This document shows positions 19,535 through 28,125 of a stretch of 50,517 bases of DNA, piece after piece. The notes beneath the pieces were generated by a model that was not told the origin of the DNA, searched no databases, and saw nothing but the letters and a program-made list of their open reading frames with translations. This stretch comes from Patescibacteria group bacterium UBA3458. GTDB taxonomy: Bacteria > Patescibacteriota > Minisyncoccia > Phycocordibacterales > UBA2100. The stretch spans positions 1 to 50,517 of the forward strand of contig DFRR01000003.1 of NCBI GenBank assembly GCA_002378745.1, read 5' to 3'. The position numbers and the translations under genes are program-made. Each line of letters begins with the position of its first letter. Position 1 is the stretch's first letter.

Positions 19535-19996
19535 ATGGCGAAAAGGAAAACACGAACCTTTTGCAAAACATGTGGTGCGGAGCCGGTTCGTGCAAGCTAC
19601 GTTTATTGCAGTAACAGCTGTCAACAAGAGTACCAATATAATTCTTATATTGAAAACTGGAAACGAGGTAACGAACTAGGTCTGCAGTCCGGTGGGGTTG
19701 TCTCACGGTATATAAAAAGATATTTGCGTGAGAAATACAAAAATAAATGCCTCCTTTGCGGCTGGGGAAAAGTGAATAAGGTGACTGGAATAGTTCCACT
19801 CATTGCCGATCACATTGACGGAGACTGGAAAAATAACAATGAAAATAATTTGCGACTACTATGCCCTAATTGTGACTCCCTCCAGTCAACCTATGCAGCT
19901 CTTAACAAGGGGAGAGGTAGAGAAGGGAGGGTTACAAGCAAGAGGCTAAAAGAATCAAAACTATTTTTAGCAAAGCAGCGGTCGCAAAAGGGTTGA
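19535..19996 (+). CDS. Free-standing HNH endonuclease with an N-terminal Cys4 zinc finger
   Basis: The HNH core is 'IADHIDGDWKNNNENNLRLLCPNCDS' and the N-terminus is 'CKTCG...CSNSC'. The gene is sandwiched between two tRNA-Thr genes. Confidence 0.8.
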   Translation: MAKRKTRTFCKTCGAEPVRASYVYCSNSCQQEYQYNSYIENWKRGNELGLQSGGVVSRYIKRYLREKYKNKCLLCGWGKVNKVTGIVPLIADHIDGDWKNNNENNLRLLCPNCDSLQSTYAALNKGRGREGRVTSKRLKESKLFLAKQRSQKG

Positions 19997-20019
19997 TGAG
20001 TTGATATAGTATGCGCCAC

Positions 20020-20092
20020 GCCGACCTAGCTCAATCGGTAGAGCAACGGTATCGTAAACCGTAGGTTCGGGGTTCAAGTCCCCGGGTCGGCT
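20020..20092 (+). tRNA. tRNA-Thr (CGT)
   Basis: Canonical cloverleaf. The acceptor is GCCGACC/GGTCGGC, the anticodon loop is ATCGTAA and the T loop is TTCAAGT. Confidence 0.9.
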
Positions 20093-20258
20093 CACTCGTT
20101 TTCTAGTTGCTTTTTAAAGGTGCTAAATATATTGTTCTCTGCGAGACCAGCTTCACCTCCTGGTCGCCTACGCCGTCTGGTGTGCAGAGTAATTGGGTAA
20201 GATTCCTACTCAGTCAGGGAAATGACCGTACTCTCTCTGCACGCTGGGCGGTTTTTCT

Positions 20259-21137
20259 TTGGTATACTCACTCATTACGAACCAACAACAAGAGGTACGT
20301 ATTGCAGACATAGAAGCGGCGATGAATCGTGCGGACTTTTGGAATGACCCTGTAGCGGCGCAGAAAATGATAAAAGAATTACAAGAGCTTAAAGATGCGC
20401 AGGCTGGCATTGGCAAATACGACAAAGGCGCAGCGCTCATTAGTATTCTCTCGGGTGCCGGAGGTGACGATGCCGAAGATTTTGCGGCGATGCTCTTTCA
20501 TATGTATCGGAAGTTTATTGAGAATAAAGGCTGGCAGGCTACCGTTCTCGATGAGAACGTGAGCTCAGCTGGATATAAAAGCGTGACATTTGAAGTAAGT
20601 GGTAAACACGCCTATGGCACACTTAAAAATGAATCCGGTGTACACCGCTTGGTGCGCATTAGTCCATTCAACGCGCAGGGAAAGCGACAAACCAGCTTTG
20701 CACTAGTGGAAGTGCTACCAAAACTACCCGAACTTGAAGAAATCCAGATTCTTGAGAGCGAACTCGATATCTCATTTGCCCGCTCAGGTGGTGCCGGAGG
20801 GCAAAATGTGAACAAAGTTGAAACTGCGGTGCGTATTACACACATGCCGACGGGCATTACCGTGAAGTGTACGGCAGAGCGTAGCCAGGAGCGTAATCGT
20901 GAGAAGGCACTCGAAATGCTTCGTGGTAAGCTCTATAAGAAGAAAGAAGAAGACAGAGAAAAAGAAGAACAGGGACTCTCTGTATCATCGGATGTGAAGA
21001 TTGAATGGGGAAGCCAAATCCGCTCATACGTGCTACATCCATACAAAAAAGTGAAGGACCACCGTACTGACGTAGAGACGTCTGACGCTGAGGGCGTGCT
21101 CAATGGTGATTTGTCACTGTTTGTAGAGCGCACTTAA
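20259..21137 (+). CDS. prfB: Peptide chain release factor 2, short form (start uncertain: TTG 20259 or ATG 20322)
   Basis: Carries the SPF tripeptide ('[15 protein letters not shown]'), the GGQ motif ('[20 protein letters not shown]') and '[13 protein letters not shown]'. It is only about 292 aa against about 365 in E. coli. Confidence 0.9.
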   Translation: MVYSLITNQQQEVRIADIEAAMNRADFWNDPVAAQKMIKELQELKDAQAGIGKYDKGAALISILSGAGGDDAEDFAAMLFHMYRKFIENKGWQATVLDENVSSAGYKSVTFEVSGKHAYGTLKNESGVHRLVRISPFNAQGKRQTSFALVEVLPKLPELEEIQILESELDISFARSGGAGGQNVNKVETAVRITHMPTGITVKCTAERSQERNREKALEMLRGKLYKKKEEDREKEEQGLSVSSDVKIEWGSQIRSYVLHPYKKVKDHRTDVETSDAEGVLNGDLSLFVERT

Positions 21138-21204
21138 CCACACTTGTGAGTGAGGGAGTTTGTTGCATTCGAGAGTCCCTGTATAATGATTCCTGTACAC
21201 GAAA

Positions 21205-21894
21205 ATGACACCCATGATTTATTTCGACAAGGTAACTAAATTTTACAACGGCGGTTTGGCAGCATTGGATGACGTGACGATAACCATTGAACCGGGAGAG
21301 TTTGTCTCTATCGTTGGGCACTCCGGTGCAGGCAAGTCAACGTTGTTGAAGATGATTTTTGCTGAGGAGCTGCCTACTGAAGGCACGGTGTATTTTGAAT
21401 CAAACAACATCGCACACTTCCGCAAGAAAGATCTCAATATGCTCCGTCGCAAGATTGGAACAGTGTTCCAAGACTTCCGTTTGCTCCCTACGAAGACAGT
21501 ATATGAAAACATCGCCTTTGCGATGGAGGCAGCCGGGCAGCGCAATGAAGACATTGCCGCTGACGTGCCGCACGTGCTCGACCTCGTAGACCTTTCAGAA
21601 AAGATGGACAGTTTTCCACGAGAACTTTCTGGTGGTGAGCAGCAGCGTGTGGCGCTTGCTCGAGCAATCGTAAACCAACCGGACGTAGTAGTGGCAGACG
21701 AGCCGACAGGAAATCTCGACCCAATCAGTACCTACGAAATCGTGCAGATTTTGAAGAAGATTAACGATTTGGGTACTACCGTAATTCTCACTACGCACAA
21801 CAAGGGTGTTATCGACTCGCTCGGTAGAAGAGTGATTACGATGGATGAAGGCCGCGTTATTCGTGATGATAAGAGTGGGCAGTACGTGCTCTAA
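21205..21894 (+). CDS. ftsE: Cell-division ABC ATPase FtsE
   Basis: Has Walker A 'GHSGAGKST', the signature 'LSGGEQQRVALARA' and Walker B 'VVVADEPTGNLD'. It is followed by ftsX. Confidence 0.9.
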   Translation: MTPMIYFDKVTKFYNGGLAALDDVTITIEPGEFVSIVGHSGAGKSTLLKMIFAEELPTEGTVYFESNNIAHFRKKDLNMLRRKIGTVFQDFRLLPTKTVYENIAFAMEAAGQRNEDIAADVPHVLDLVDLSEKMDSFPRELSGGEQQRVALARAIVNQPDVVVADEPTGNLDPISTYEIVQILKKINDLGTTVILTTHNKGVIDSLGRRVITMDEGRVIRDDKSGQYVL

Positions 21895-21906
21895 TATAAT
21901 TTTCTT

Positions 21907-22839
21907 TTGCTTATGGCGTTATGGACAAATATACAACGAGTATCGCGTGCAGGATTCATCGGTTTCTTGCGTAATGGGTTTGTTTCGTTTACTACGGTCC
22001 TCATTATGGCAATTGTGTTGTTTGTTATCGGCTCACTCATTACCGCCGGCGCTGCACTCGACGCAACGCTCGTGCAGTTGCAGGAGAAAGTAGACATAAA
22101 CGTGTACTTCCTCACTGATGCGCCGGAGAACGAAATACTGGCGATGCGCGACATCGTTGCCGAGCTACCGGAAGTAGCGAGTGTTGAATACATTTCGCGC
22201 GAGGAGGCACTCGAGGCGTTCCGCGAACGACACCGTGATGACCAGTTAACGCTGCAAGCACTTGAAGAGCTCGACGACAACCCACTCGGGGCGTCGCTCG
22301 CCATTCGCGCAAAAGAAACAAGTCAGTACGAAGGCATTGCCAACTTCCTTGAGAACGAAACTGCGGTAGGTGGTGGCGCACAGATTATTGAAAAAGTGAA
22401 CTACTTCCAAAACCGAGCAGCCATCAACAAGCTCTCGAGCATTATTGATGCATCTGAGCGATTCGGGTTCTTCGTCACGTTGTTCCTTGTTGCGGTGTCA
22501 GCGTTTATCGTGTTTAACACCATTCGCCTTGCTATCTACACAAACCGCGAAGAAATCGGTGTCATGCAGCTCGTAGGAGCCTCAGACTGGTATGTACAGG
22601 GACCATTTATCGTTGAGGGCGCACTGTATGGCTTTGCTGGTGGAGTGTTGGCGCTCTTGGCGCTGTATCCGGTGGCGCTATGGATAGGGCCGGCATCGCA
22701 AACATTCCTCGGCTCATTCAATGTACTGTCGTACTACGGTAATAATGTCGGTATGCTCTTCTTCGTGCTCGTTGGCACCGGTGTGGTACTCGGCGTATTC
22801 TCAAGTTTCTTCGCGGTACGTCGATACTTGAACTTATAA
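21907..22839 (+). CDS. ftsX: Cell-division permease-like protein FtsX
   Basis: 310 aa with one N-terminal TM helix, a periplasmic domain and three C-terminal TM helices. It is adjacent to ftsE. Confidence 0.85.
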   Translation: MLMALWTNIQRVSRAGFIGFLRNGFVSFTTVLIMAIVLFVIGSLITAGAALDATLVQLQEKVDINVYFLTDAPENEILAMRDIVAELPEVASVEYISREEALEAFRERHRDDQLTLQALEELDDNPLGASLAIRAKETSQYEGIANFLENETAVGGGAQIIEKVNYFQNRAAINKLSSIIDASERFGFFVTLFLVAVSAFIVFNTIRLAIYTNREEIGVMQLVGASDWYVQGPFIVEGALYGFAGGVLALLALYPVALWIGPASQTFLGSFNVLSYYGNNVGMLFFVLVGTGVVLGVFSSFFAVRRYLNL

Positions 22840-22894
22840 GTTATTCACTTGCAAAGCCTTCTACATTAGCTAGACTTCAAAACATTTAGTGCGC

Positions 22895-24541
22895 ATGGCG
22901 AAAAAGGGACACAAATACATCTTTGTCATAGGGGGAGTAATGTCTGGAGTAGGCAAGGGTGTGGCAACCGCTTCTATCGGAAAGGTTTTGCAGTCAAACG
23001 GGTATAAGGTCAACTTGGTTAAAGTTGACCCGTATTTAAATGTGGACGCCGGTACCATGAACCCGACCGAGCATGGAGAAACCTTTGTGCTTCGCAGTGG
23101 GCTTGAGACCGACCAAGACATGGGAAACTACGAGCGGTTCCTCAACCGCGACCTTCCCGAAGAGAACTATGTGACCAGCGGTATGGTGTATCGCGCAGTC
23201 ATCGAGCGCGAGCGCAACCTCGAGTACGACGGTAATTGTGTTGAGGCAATACCACACATTCGTGATGAAATCGTTGAGCGATTTGAAAAAGCCGCATCAA
23301 TAAACGGTTCGCAAATAAGTGTTATCGAAATCGGTGGCACCGTCGGTGACTACCAGAACATTATGTTCATCGAGGCGGCACGTGTGATGAAGGCGCGCAA
23401 TCCGGACGATGTGCTCTTCATTATGGTGACGTACCTGCCGGTGCCGTCAAAAGTTGGTGAGATGAAAACGAAGCCGACACAAAACGCCATTCGTCAGCTC
23501 AATTCATACGGTGTACAGCCGGACTTCGTCATCGGGCGTTCAGAAGAAGTACTCGATGCACGACGTAAAGGTAAAATTGCCGAGCAATGTAACATTCGAC
23601 CCGACCATGTTATCTCAGCACCAGACATCGACAGCATTTACGATGTGCCACTGAACTTTGAACGCGACAATCTCTCGGGGCTCATCTTGAAGCAGCTCAA
23701 GCTCAAGAAAAAAGAGAAGCAGGTAGCGATGGCGCAATGGGCGTCATTCGTGCAGAAGGTACATAACCCGAAGAAAGAGGTGCACATTGCGATTGTTGGT
23801 AAATATTTCGACACGGGTGACTTTGTGCTCTCAGACGCATATATCTCAGTCATTGAGGCGATAAAATTCTCAGCCTACACGCTTGGCGCAAAGCCGGTGC
23901 TTACGTGGATTTCTTCGCAGAGCTTTGAAAACGGCAAGCGAAAGGTAAGTGAACTCAAGAAGTACGACGGTGTGATTGTGCCGGGTGGTTTTGGTTCAAC
24001 GGGTATTCCAGGAAAGCTTAAAGCTATCAAATTCATCCGTGAGAACAAGATTCCATACTTCGGTTTGTGCTATGGTATGCAGCTTGCGGTGGTGGAGTAC
24101 GCACAAAACGTACTCGGGCTGAAAGATGCGGCAACACGAGAAATGCACAAAGACGGCAAGCACTTGGTGATTGACATCATGGAAGACCAGAAAGAGAAGC
24201 TTCGCAACAAAAACTATGGCGGCACGATGCGTTTAGGTGCGTACCCGGCACACTTGAAGAAGGGAACCATTGCACGCGCTGCGTACGATCAAGAAATGGT
24301 AGAAGAACGACACCGTCACCGATATGAAGTGAATCCGGAATACATTTCGCAATTTGAAGAAGCAGGGTTGGTATTTTCAGGAACGTCACCAGACAAGACA
24401 CTGATGGAAATTATCGAACTTCCGAAGAAAGTACACCCATTTTTTCTTGGCACTCAATTTCATCCAGAGCTACAAGCGCGCCCGCTTGCGCCGCATCCTC
24501 TGTTTACAGAGTTTGTGAAGGCCTGTTTGAAGAAAAAATAA
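22895..24541 (+). CDS. pyrG: CTP synthase PyrG
   Basis: Starts 'KYIFVIGGVMSGVGKG', has the glutamine amidotransferase 'GLCYGMQ' Cys and 'HRHRYEVN'. ATG at 22895 is preferred over GTG at 22889. Confidence 0.95.
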   Translation: MAKKGHKYIFVIGGVMSGVGKGVATASIGKVLQSNGYKVNLVKVDPYLNVDAGTMNPTEHGETFVLRSGLETDQDMGNYERFLNRDLPEENYVTSGMVYRAVIERERNLEYDGNCVEAIPHIRDEIVERFEKAASINGSQISVIEIGGTVGDYQNIMFIEAARVMKARNPDDVLFIMVTYLPVPSKVGEMKTKPTQNAIRQLNSYGVQPDFVIGRSEEVLDARRKGKIAEQCNIRPDHVISAPDIDSIYDVPLNFERDNLSGLILKQLKLKKKEKQVAMAQWASFVQKVHNPKKEVHIAIVGKYFDTGDFVLSDAYISVIEAIKFSAYTLGAKPVLTWISSQSFENGKRKVSELKKYDGVIVPGGFGSTGIPGKLKAIKFIRENKIPYFGLCYGMQLAVVEYAQNVLGLKDAATREMHKDGKHLVIDIMEDQKEKLRNKNYGGTMRLGAYPAHLKKGTIARAAYDQEMVEERHRHRYEVNPEYISQFEEAGLVFSGTSPDKTLMEIIELPKKVHPFFLGTQFHPELQARPLAPHPLFTEFVKACLKKK

Positions 24542-24576
24542 ACCCATTAGGGATTACTACATAATTTTGTTTACCC

Positions 24577-25098
24577 ATGTTTTTAATGAAACATCGATCA
24601 TATCTGCCTGAATTCGTATACGGCAGCATGGACGGACTCGTGACCACGTTCGCCATTGTTACCGGTGCCGTTGGTGCCGGATTACCGGCAGGCGTCATTC
24701 TTATTCTTGGTTTCGCGAACGTCTTTGCAGATGGTTTTTCTATGGGTTCATCAAGTTACCTTTCTGCACTTTCAGAGCAACCACTACATGAGCACTACAT
24801 AGAGAAAGACCCGCTAAACAAAGCGCTCGTGACGTTCTCGTCATTCGTACTCATTGGTATTATTCCCATCTTGCCATTCGTTGTATCTTTCGTGAAGCCA
24901 GAGTTCTATACCTTTGCTATTGCTACATCAGTAATCACTACACTCATCGCGTTTGCATGTGTTGGAGCATTTTCTGGGGCAGTGCTTAATGAAAACAAAT
25001 TACGCAACGCAGCGCGTAACGTGCTTATTGGTGGTCTCGCTGCAGCTATCTCCTACGGAGTTGGGTTTGGGTTGGCGCAGGTATTTGGAGTCTATTAA
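24577..25098 (+). CDS. VIT1/CCC1-family (iron/manganese) transporter-like membrane protein
   Basis: The N-terminal motif is 'YLPEFVYGSMDGLVTTFAIVTGAVGAGL'. It has multiple TM helices and is 173 aa. Confidence 0.7.
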   Translation: MFLMKHRSYLPEFVYGSMDGLVTTFAIVTGAVGAGLPAGVILILGFANVFADGFSMGSSSYLSALSEQPLHEHYIEKDPLNKALVTFSSFVLIGIIPILPFVVSFVKPEFYTFAIATSVITTLIAFACVGAFSGAVLNENKLRNAARNVLIGGLAAAISYGVGFGLAQVFGVY

Positions 25099-25982
25099 TA
25101 TTCGATCAACATTTCCACGGGGTTGTGGTCTGAATGGGTGAACTCAAGGTCTACCGTCGTCACACGCTCTACTGAGATGTCAGGCGAGCAGATAAAGCCA
25201 TCTACCACTGCGGTGGTAGATTTTCCTTTTACATAGGGGCGATTCGATGCACGGAGCGTTGGTGTATCAGCGCAAAAGTGTGCACTCCAACCATCCTTGA
25301 GTAGATTATGTGGGAAGCTATGCAAATACTTTTGATAGCGTGCCTCGTCTTTTTCAAAGAAGTTAATATTGCCAGTGTGCATGTTCCAGTCAGCACCGAT
25401 AACCACTGCACAACCGTTTTGTGCGAGTCTTTTTACATACGTAATTAAGTCAAGGAACTGAGACATGCGTAGCACGCCGCGCGTATCAAATGAAGAAAGG
25501 TGTGTATTTACGAACGCAATGCATTTACCATCTTTAAGCTTCACGAATGTCGTGAGCGCGAAATCCCATCGTGGTATGAGGCGGTAGTAGTATTCGTGAA
25601 CAGTAAAAGGGCGCGTCTGTCTTCGGTAGACATCAAAGTCACCAGGTACGAACGTGCTCATGCCATGCTCGTTGCGTAGTAGGTCAAAAAACAATGGGAG
25701 GGAAAAGTTCGAAACTCGTGACTGCATGTGCTCAGGAAGTGCCTCTTGTACTGCTTTGCGGAGATTCTGCCAACGGTTGAGTAAGCTACCCGTTGAAAGC
25801 TCTTGCAACAGATATACGTCTGCGTGCATATCTCGTAGTGTTTGCTGAATACCTCGTATGTTTCGCTTAACGGCTTCTTTGGAAGAAGGAATAAAGCGAC
25901 GACCGCCTTCAAATGAGATATCGGCATCCGCGCCCATCGCGCCGTAGCCAAGGTTCCACGTGACGACTTTGAGTTTTGTCAT
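25095..25982 (-). CDS. Endonuclease/exonuclease/phosphatase (EEP) family protein
   Basis: Starts 'MTKLKVVTWNLGYG' at 25982. 'VYLLQE', 'GADWN' and the C-terminal 'SDHNPV' are EEP catalytic motifs. The ORF-track N-terminal extension to 26171 crosses tRNA-Gln and is rejected. Confidence 0.75.
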   Translation of the reverse strand: MTKLKVVTWNLGYGAMGADADISFEGGRRFIPSSKEAVKRNIRGIQQTLRDMHADVYLLQELSTGSLLNRWQNLRKAVQEALPEHMQSRVSNFSLPLFFDLLRNEHGMSTFVPGDFDVYRRQTRPFTVHEYYYRLIPRWDFALTTFVKLKDGKCIAFVNTHLSSFDTRGVLRMSQFLDLITYVKRLAQNGCAVVIGADWNMHTGNINFFEKDEARYQKYLHSFPHNLLKDGWSAHFCADTPTLRASNRPYVKGKSTTAVVDGFICSPDISVERVTTVDLEFTHSDHNPVEMLIEY

Positions 25983-26077
25983 TCGTGCATCATAGCAGGC
26001 CGCGCATTGAGCAGCGAGTATTTTTATGTATGATAGTGGGTATTGCGTTTCGTCCCGGCGGGGACGTTTCCGCATTT

Positions 26078-26148
26078 TGCCGGATCGTCTAATGGTAGGA
26101 CATCGCCCTCTGGAGGCGAGTATCTTGGTTCGAGTCCAAGTCCGGCAG
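26078..26148 (+). tRNA. tRNA-Gln (CTG)
   Basis: The acceptor is TGCCGGA/TCCGGCA with the Gln-typical U1:A72 pair. The D arm is GTCT-AATGGTA-GGAC, the anticodon loop is CTCTGGA, the T arm is CTTGG-TTCGAGT-CCAAG and the discriminator is G. Confidence 0.85.
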
Positions 26149-27840
26149 CAAACGTGAATTATCAGAGTCAATCTGACCAGAATAGCCTTGTTTCAACTGG
26201 GCTATTTTTGGTTCGAGCGTGATTTTCTGAGACCTGCTGAAATCGTAGGTGCTTCTGAGACCCAAAAGCGGAGAAGCGACTGAAATACTAAGTTTTTTGT
26301 CTTTCAGTGTGAGGTTCGAGCCGAGCGACTGCAATATCTCTCGCTTAGTGTCATTATCGCCATTTTTAAACTTGTCACGGGCTGTTTTAGCAGCGTGTAT
26401 GTAGTTATCAGCTATGCCCACCCAATCAACTGCGCGCTCGTGTAAGACGCGAATATTCTTACGTACATCAGATAGTTCAGACTCGACCGCCTCTTTTGAG
26501 TTGTGGAGCTGTTCTTTTGAGATCTCTTCGTTGGCTCGCATCATTACCAAGTTATCAAGCTTTTGAAGAAGCTCGGTTTCTCGTTTTCTGTTTTGCGCCG
26601 TGATGTTTTCTTGGTCGTATATCTCATTACGGTGCAAATACTTGATTGCTTCAAGTGCCCAAAGATAGAAGTCCTTAGGGATTGAAACAGAGGAGATCAC
26701 GCTGTCTATTTGTTTTTCGAGATCTTTCTCTTCAACATATTTCTGTGAACATTTTCCACGCTTCTTAGTGCAACGGTAGTATGTTTTGTCTATGATCGTT
26801 GGATTTTCTATCTCACTTACATCAAGCTTACACCGCGGGCAGCTAGAACTTGTCTTGATGGAGAACTTTCTCTTGCACGTAGTGCATCGAGCTTGGATCT
26901 TCCGTTCAGCTGTCACTGCGCATCCACACTCACCACAGAAAATTGATCCACGGAGAGCAAAGTCAGACTTATTGATCTTGGTAGGTCGACCACGCTTTCC
27001 GAGAAGAGTTTGCATTTTATCAAACTCATCTTCTGTGATCATCGTCTTGTGTTTTCCAGTAAAACTTTCTTTAACACCATCCTCGTTATTCCATTCAAAA
27101 GATCCGTAGTAAAAGGGGTGGGTAAACATATGCCAATACGCATTTAGTGAGTACCCCCGCCCATTTTTGTTTTTGAGACCTATCTTATCACCTTCGCGTT
27201 TGATGTCGGATACAGAGTAGTTTCCAGTAAGCATTTTTCGCCAAAGCGATTTCACGAGATCAAATCTCTCTGGATCAAGAACGATCTCATCCTCTCCAAC
27301 TCGATAATCTTTATTGTGCGTATACCCGATAGGGAGAACCGATGCGGGGTACCAACCTCGTGCAGCTTTTCTGCGCTGGCTTCGTTTTACGTCAACGCTG
27401 AGGTCGTTGCTGTATTGGTTGGACATACCAAGCTCAACCGCCATTAGCAGGACGTTGTCCCACGGGTTGTAGTCGCGGGAATATGTTTGAATTCTTTTGA
27501 TAACACCCTGCTGAAGCAGCCAACTTATTTGCCCACCATCAACAGGATTACGGGACAGACGATTTAATTTCCAACACAAGATGCCAGACGCTTCTTTATT
27601 TTGAATGCGCTCAAGCATTGTGTTGAAACCCTTGCGCATTCCAGGATACTTTGCTGACTGTGACTCAGTAATTGTGTCCACAATCTCCAGTCCTAGGCGC
27701 TCAGCTATCTTATGCATCTCAGCTAATTGATCCTCTATGGATGCCATTTGTTTGTCTTCGACATCGGTAGATTTTCTGACATAGAGGAAATATTTGATGT
27801 CTGATGGAGTTTGTATCTTCATAGTAGTTTGATTATACAA
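26089..27840 (-). CDS. Large serine recombinase (integrase) of the adjacent island
   Basis: 583 aa. The N-terminal resolvase catalytic domain is 'YVRKSTDVEDKQMASIEDQ'. It also has a recombinase domain, the zinc-ribbon cysteines 'CGECGC...CTTCKRKF...CPRCK' and a coiled-coil region. The last 19 codons plus the stop are antisense to tRNA-Gln. Confidence 0.9.
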   Translation of the reverse strand: MYNQTTMKIQTPSDIKYFLYVRKSTDVEDKQMASIEDQLAEMHKIAERLGLEIVDTITESQSAKYPGMRKGFNTMLERIQNKEASGILCWKLNRLSRNPVDGGQISWLLQQGVIKRIQTYSRDYNPWDNVLLMAVELGMSNQYSNDLSVDVKRSQRRKAARGWYPASVLPIGYTHNKDYRVGEDEIVLDPERFDLVKSLWRKMLTGNYSVSDIKREGDKIGLKNKNGRGYSLNAYWHMFTHPFYYGSFEWNNEDGVKESFTGKHKTMITEDEFDKMQTLLGKRGRPTKINKSDFALRGSIFCGECGCAVTAERKIQARCTTCKRKFSIKTSSSCPRCKLDVSEIENPTIIDKTYYRCTKKRGKCSQKYVEEKDLEKQIDSVISSVSIPKDFYLWALEAIKYLHRNEIYDQENITAQNRKRETELLQKLDNLVMMRANEEISKEQLHNSKEAVESELSDVRKNIRVLHERAVDWVGIADNYIHAAKTARDKFKNGDNDTKREILQSLGSNLTLKDKKLSISVASPLLGLRSTYDFSRSQKITLEPKIAQLKQGYSGQIDSDNSRLLPDLDSNQDTRLQRAMSYH

Positions 27841-27843
27841 TTT

Positions 27844-28125
27844 TTAAGAATTTTCGTATTCTTGGATAATTTCCTCAATACGACAGATGAACTCCAAGAG
27901 AAGACCTTGATCAATGATTTTGTCCTGGATTTCCCCAATCTCTTCGTCGCTAAGATTTCTACCAATGTGTTCATTTGCAATCTCTTGAAAGAATTCTTCA
28001 TCTAATATGAATGGTGGTTCTAAGTACATATGTTGAGTTTTATTTTGTAAGTTCACTTCCTTCATTTTGTTCATTTTTGATCTCAAAACGCCTCTGCGCT
28101 TCTTTAAGAGCGTTTTCATTTCCAA
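27844..28125 (-). CDS. Small acidic hypothetical protein (start probably internal, e.g. 28029)
   Basis: The ORF lies directly upstream of the recombinase gene. The longest form overlaps the preceding gene by 86 nt. There are no recognisable motifs. Confidence 0.35.
   Translation of the reverse strand: MEMKTLLKKRRGVLRSKMNKMKEVNLQNKTQHMYLEPPFILDEEFFQEIANEHIGRNLSDEEIGEIQDKIIDQGLLLEFICRIEEIIQEYENS

Noticed and set aside
20107-20313. Programmed +1 frameshift site of prfB, with an upstream N-terminal mini-ORF.
   Set aside because: No CTT TGA C is present. The similar 'CTT TGG' at 20257-20262 lies in a frame from which a +1 shift does not enter the RF2 frame. Neither upstream frame translates to an RF2-like N-terminus.
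25983-26171. N-terminal extension of the EEP-family ORF (the track gives 25095-26171).
   Set aside because: The extension runs antisense through tRNA-Gln and has an odd composition. The family-typical N-terminus 'MTKLKVVTWNLGYG' starts at 25982.
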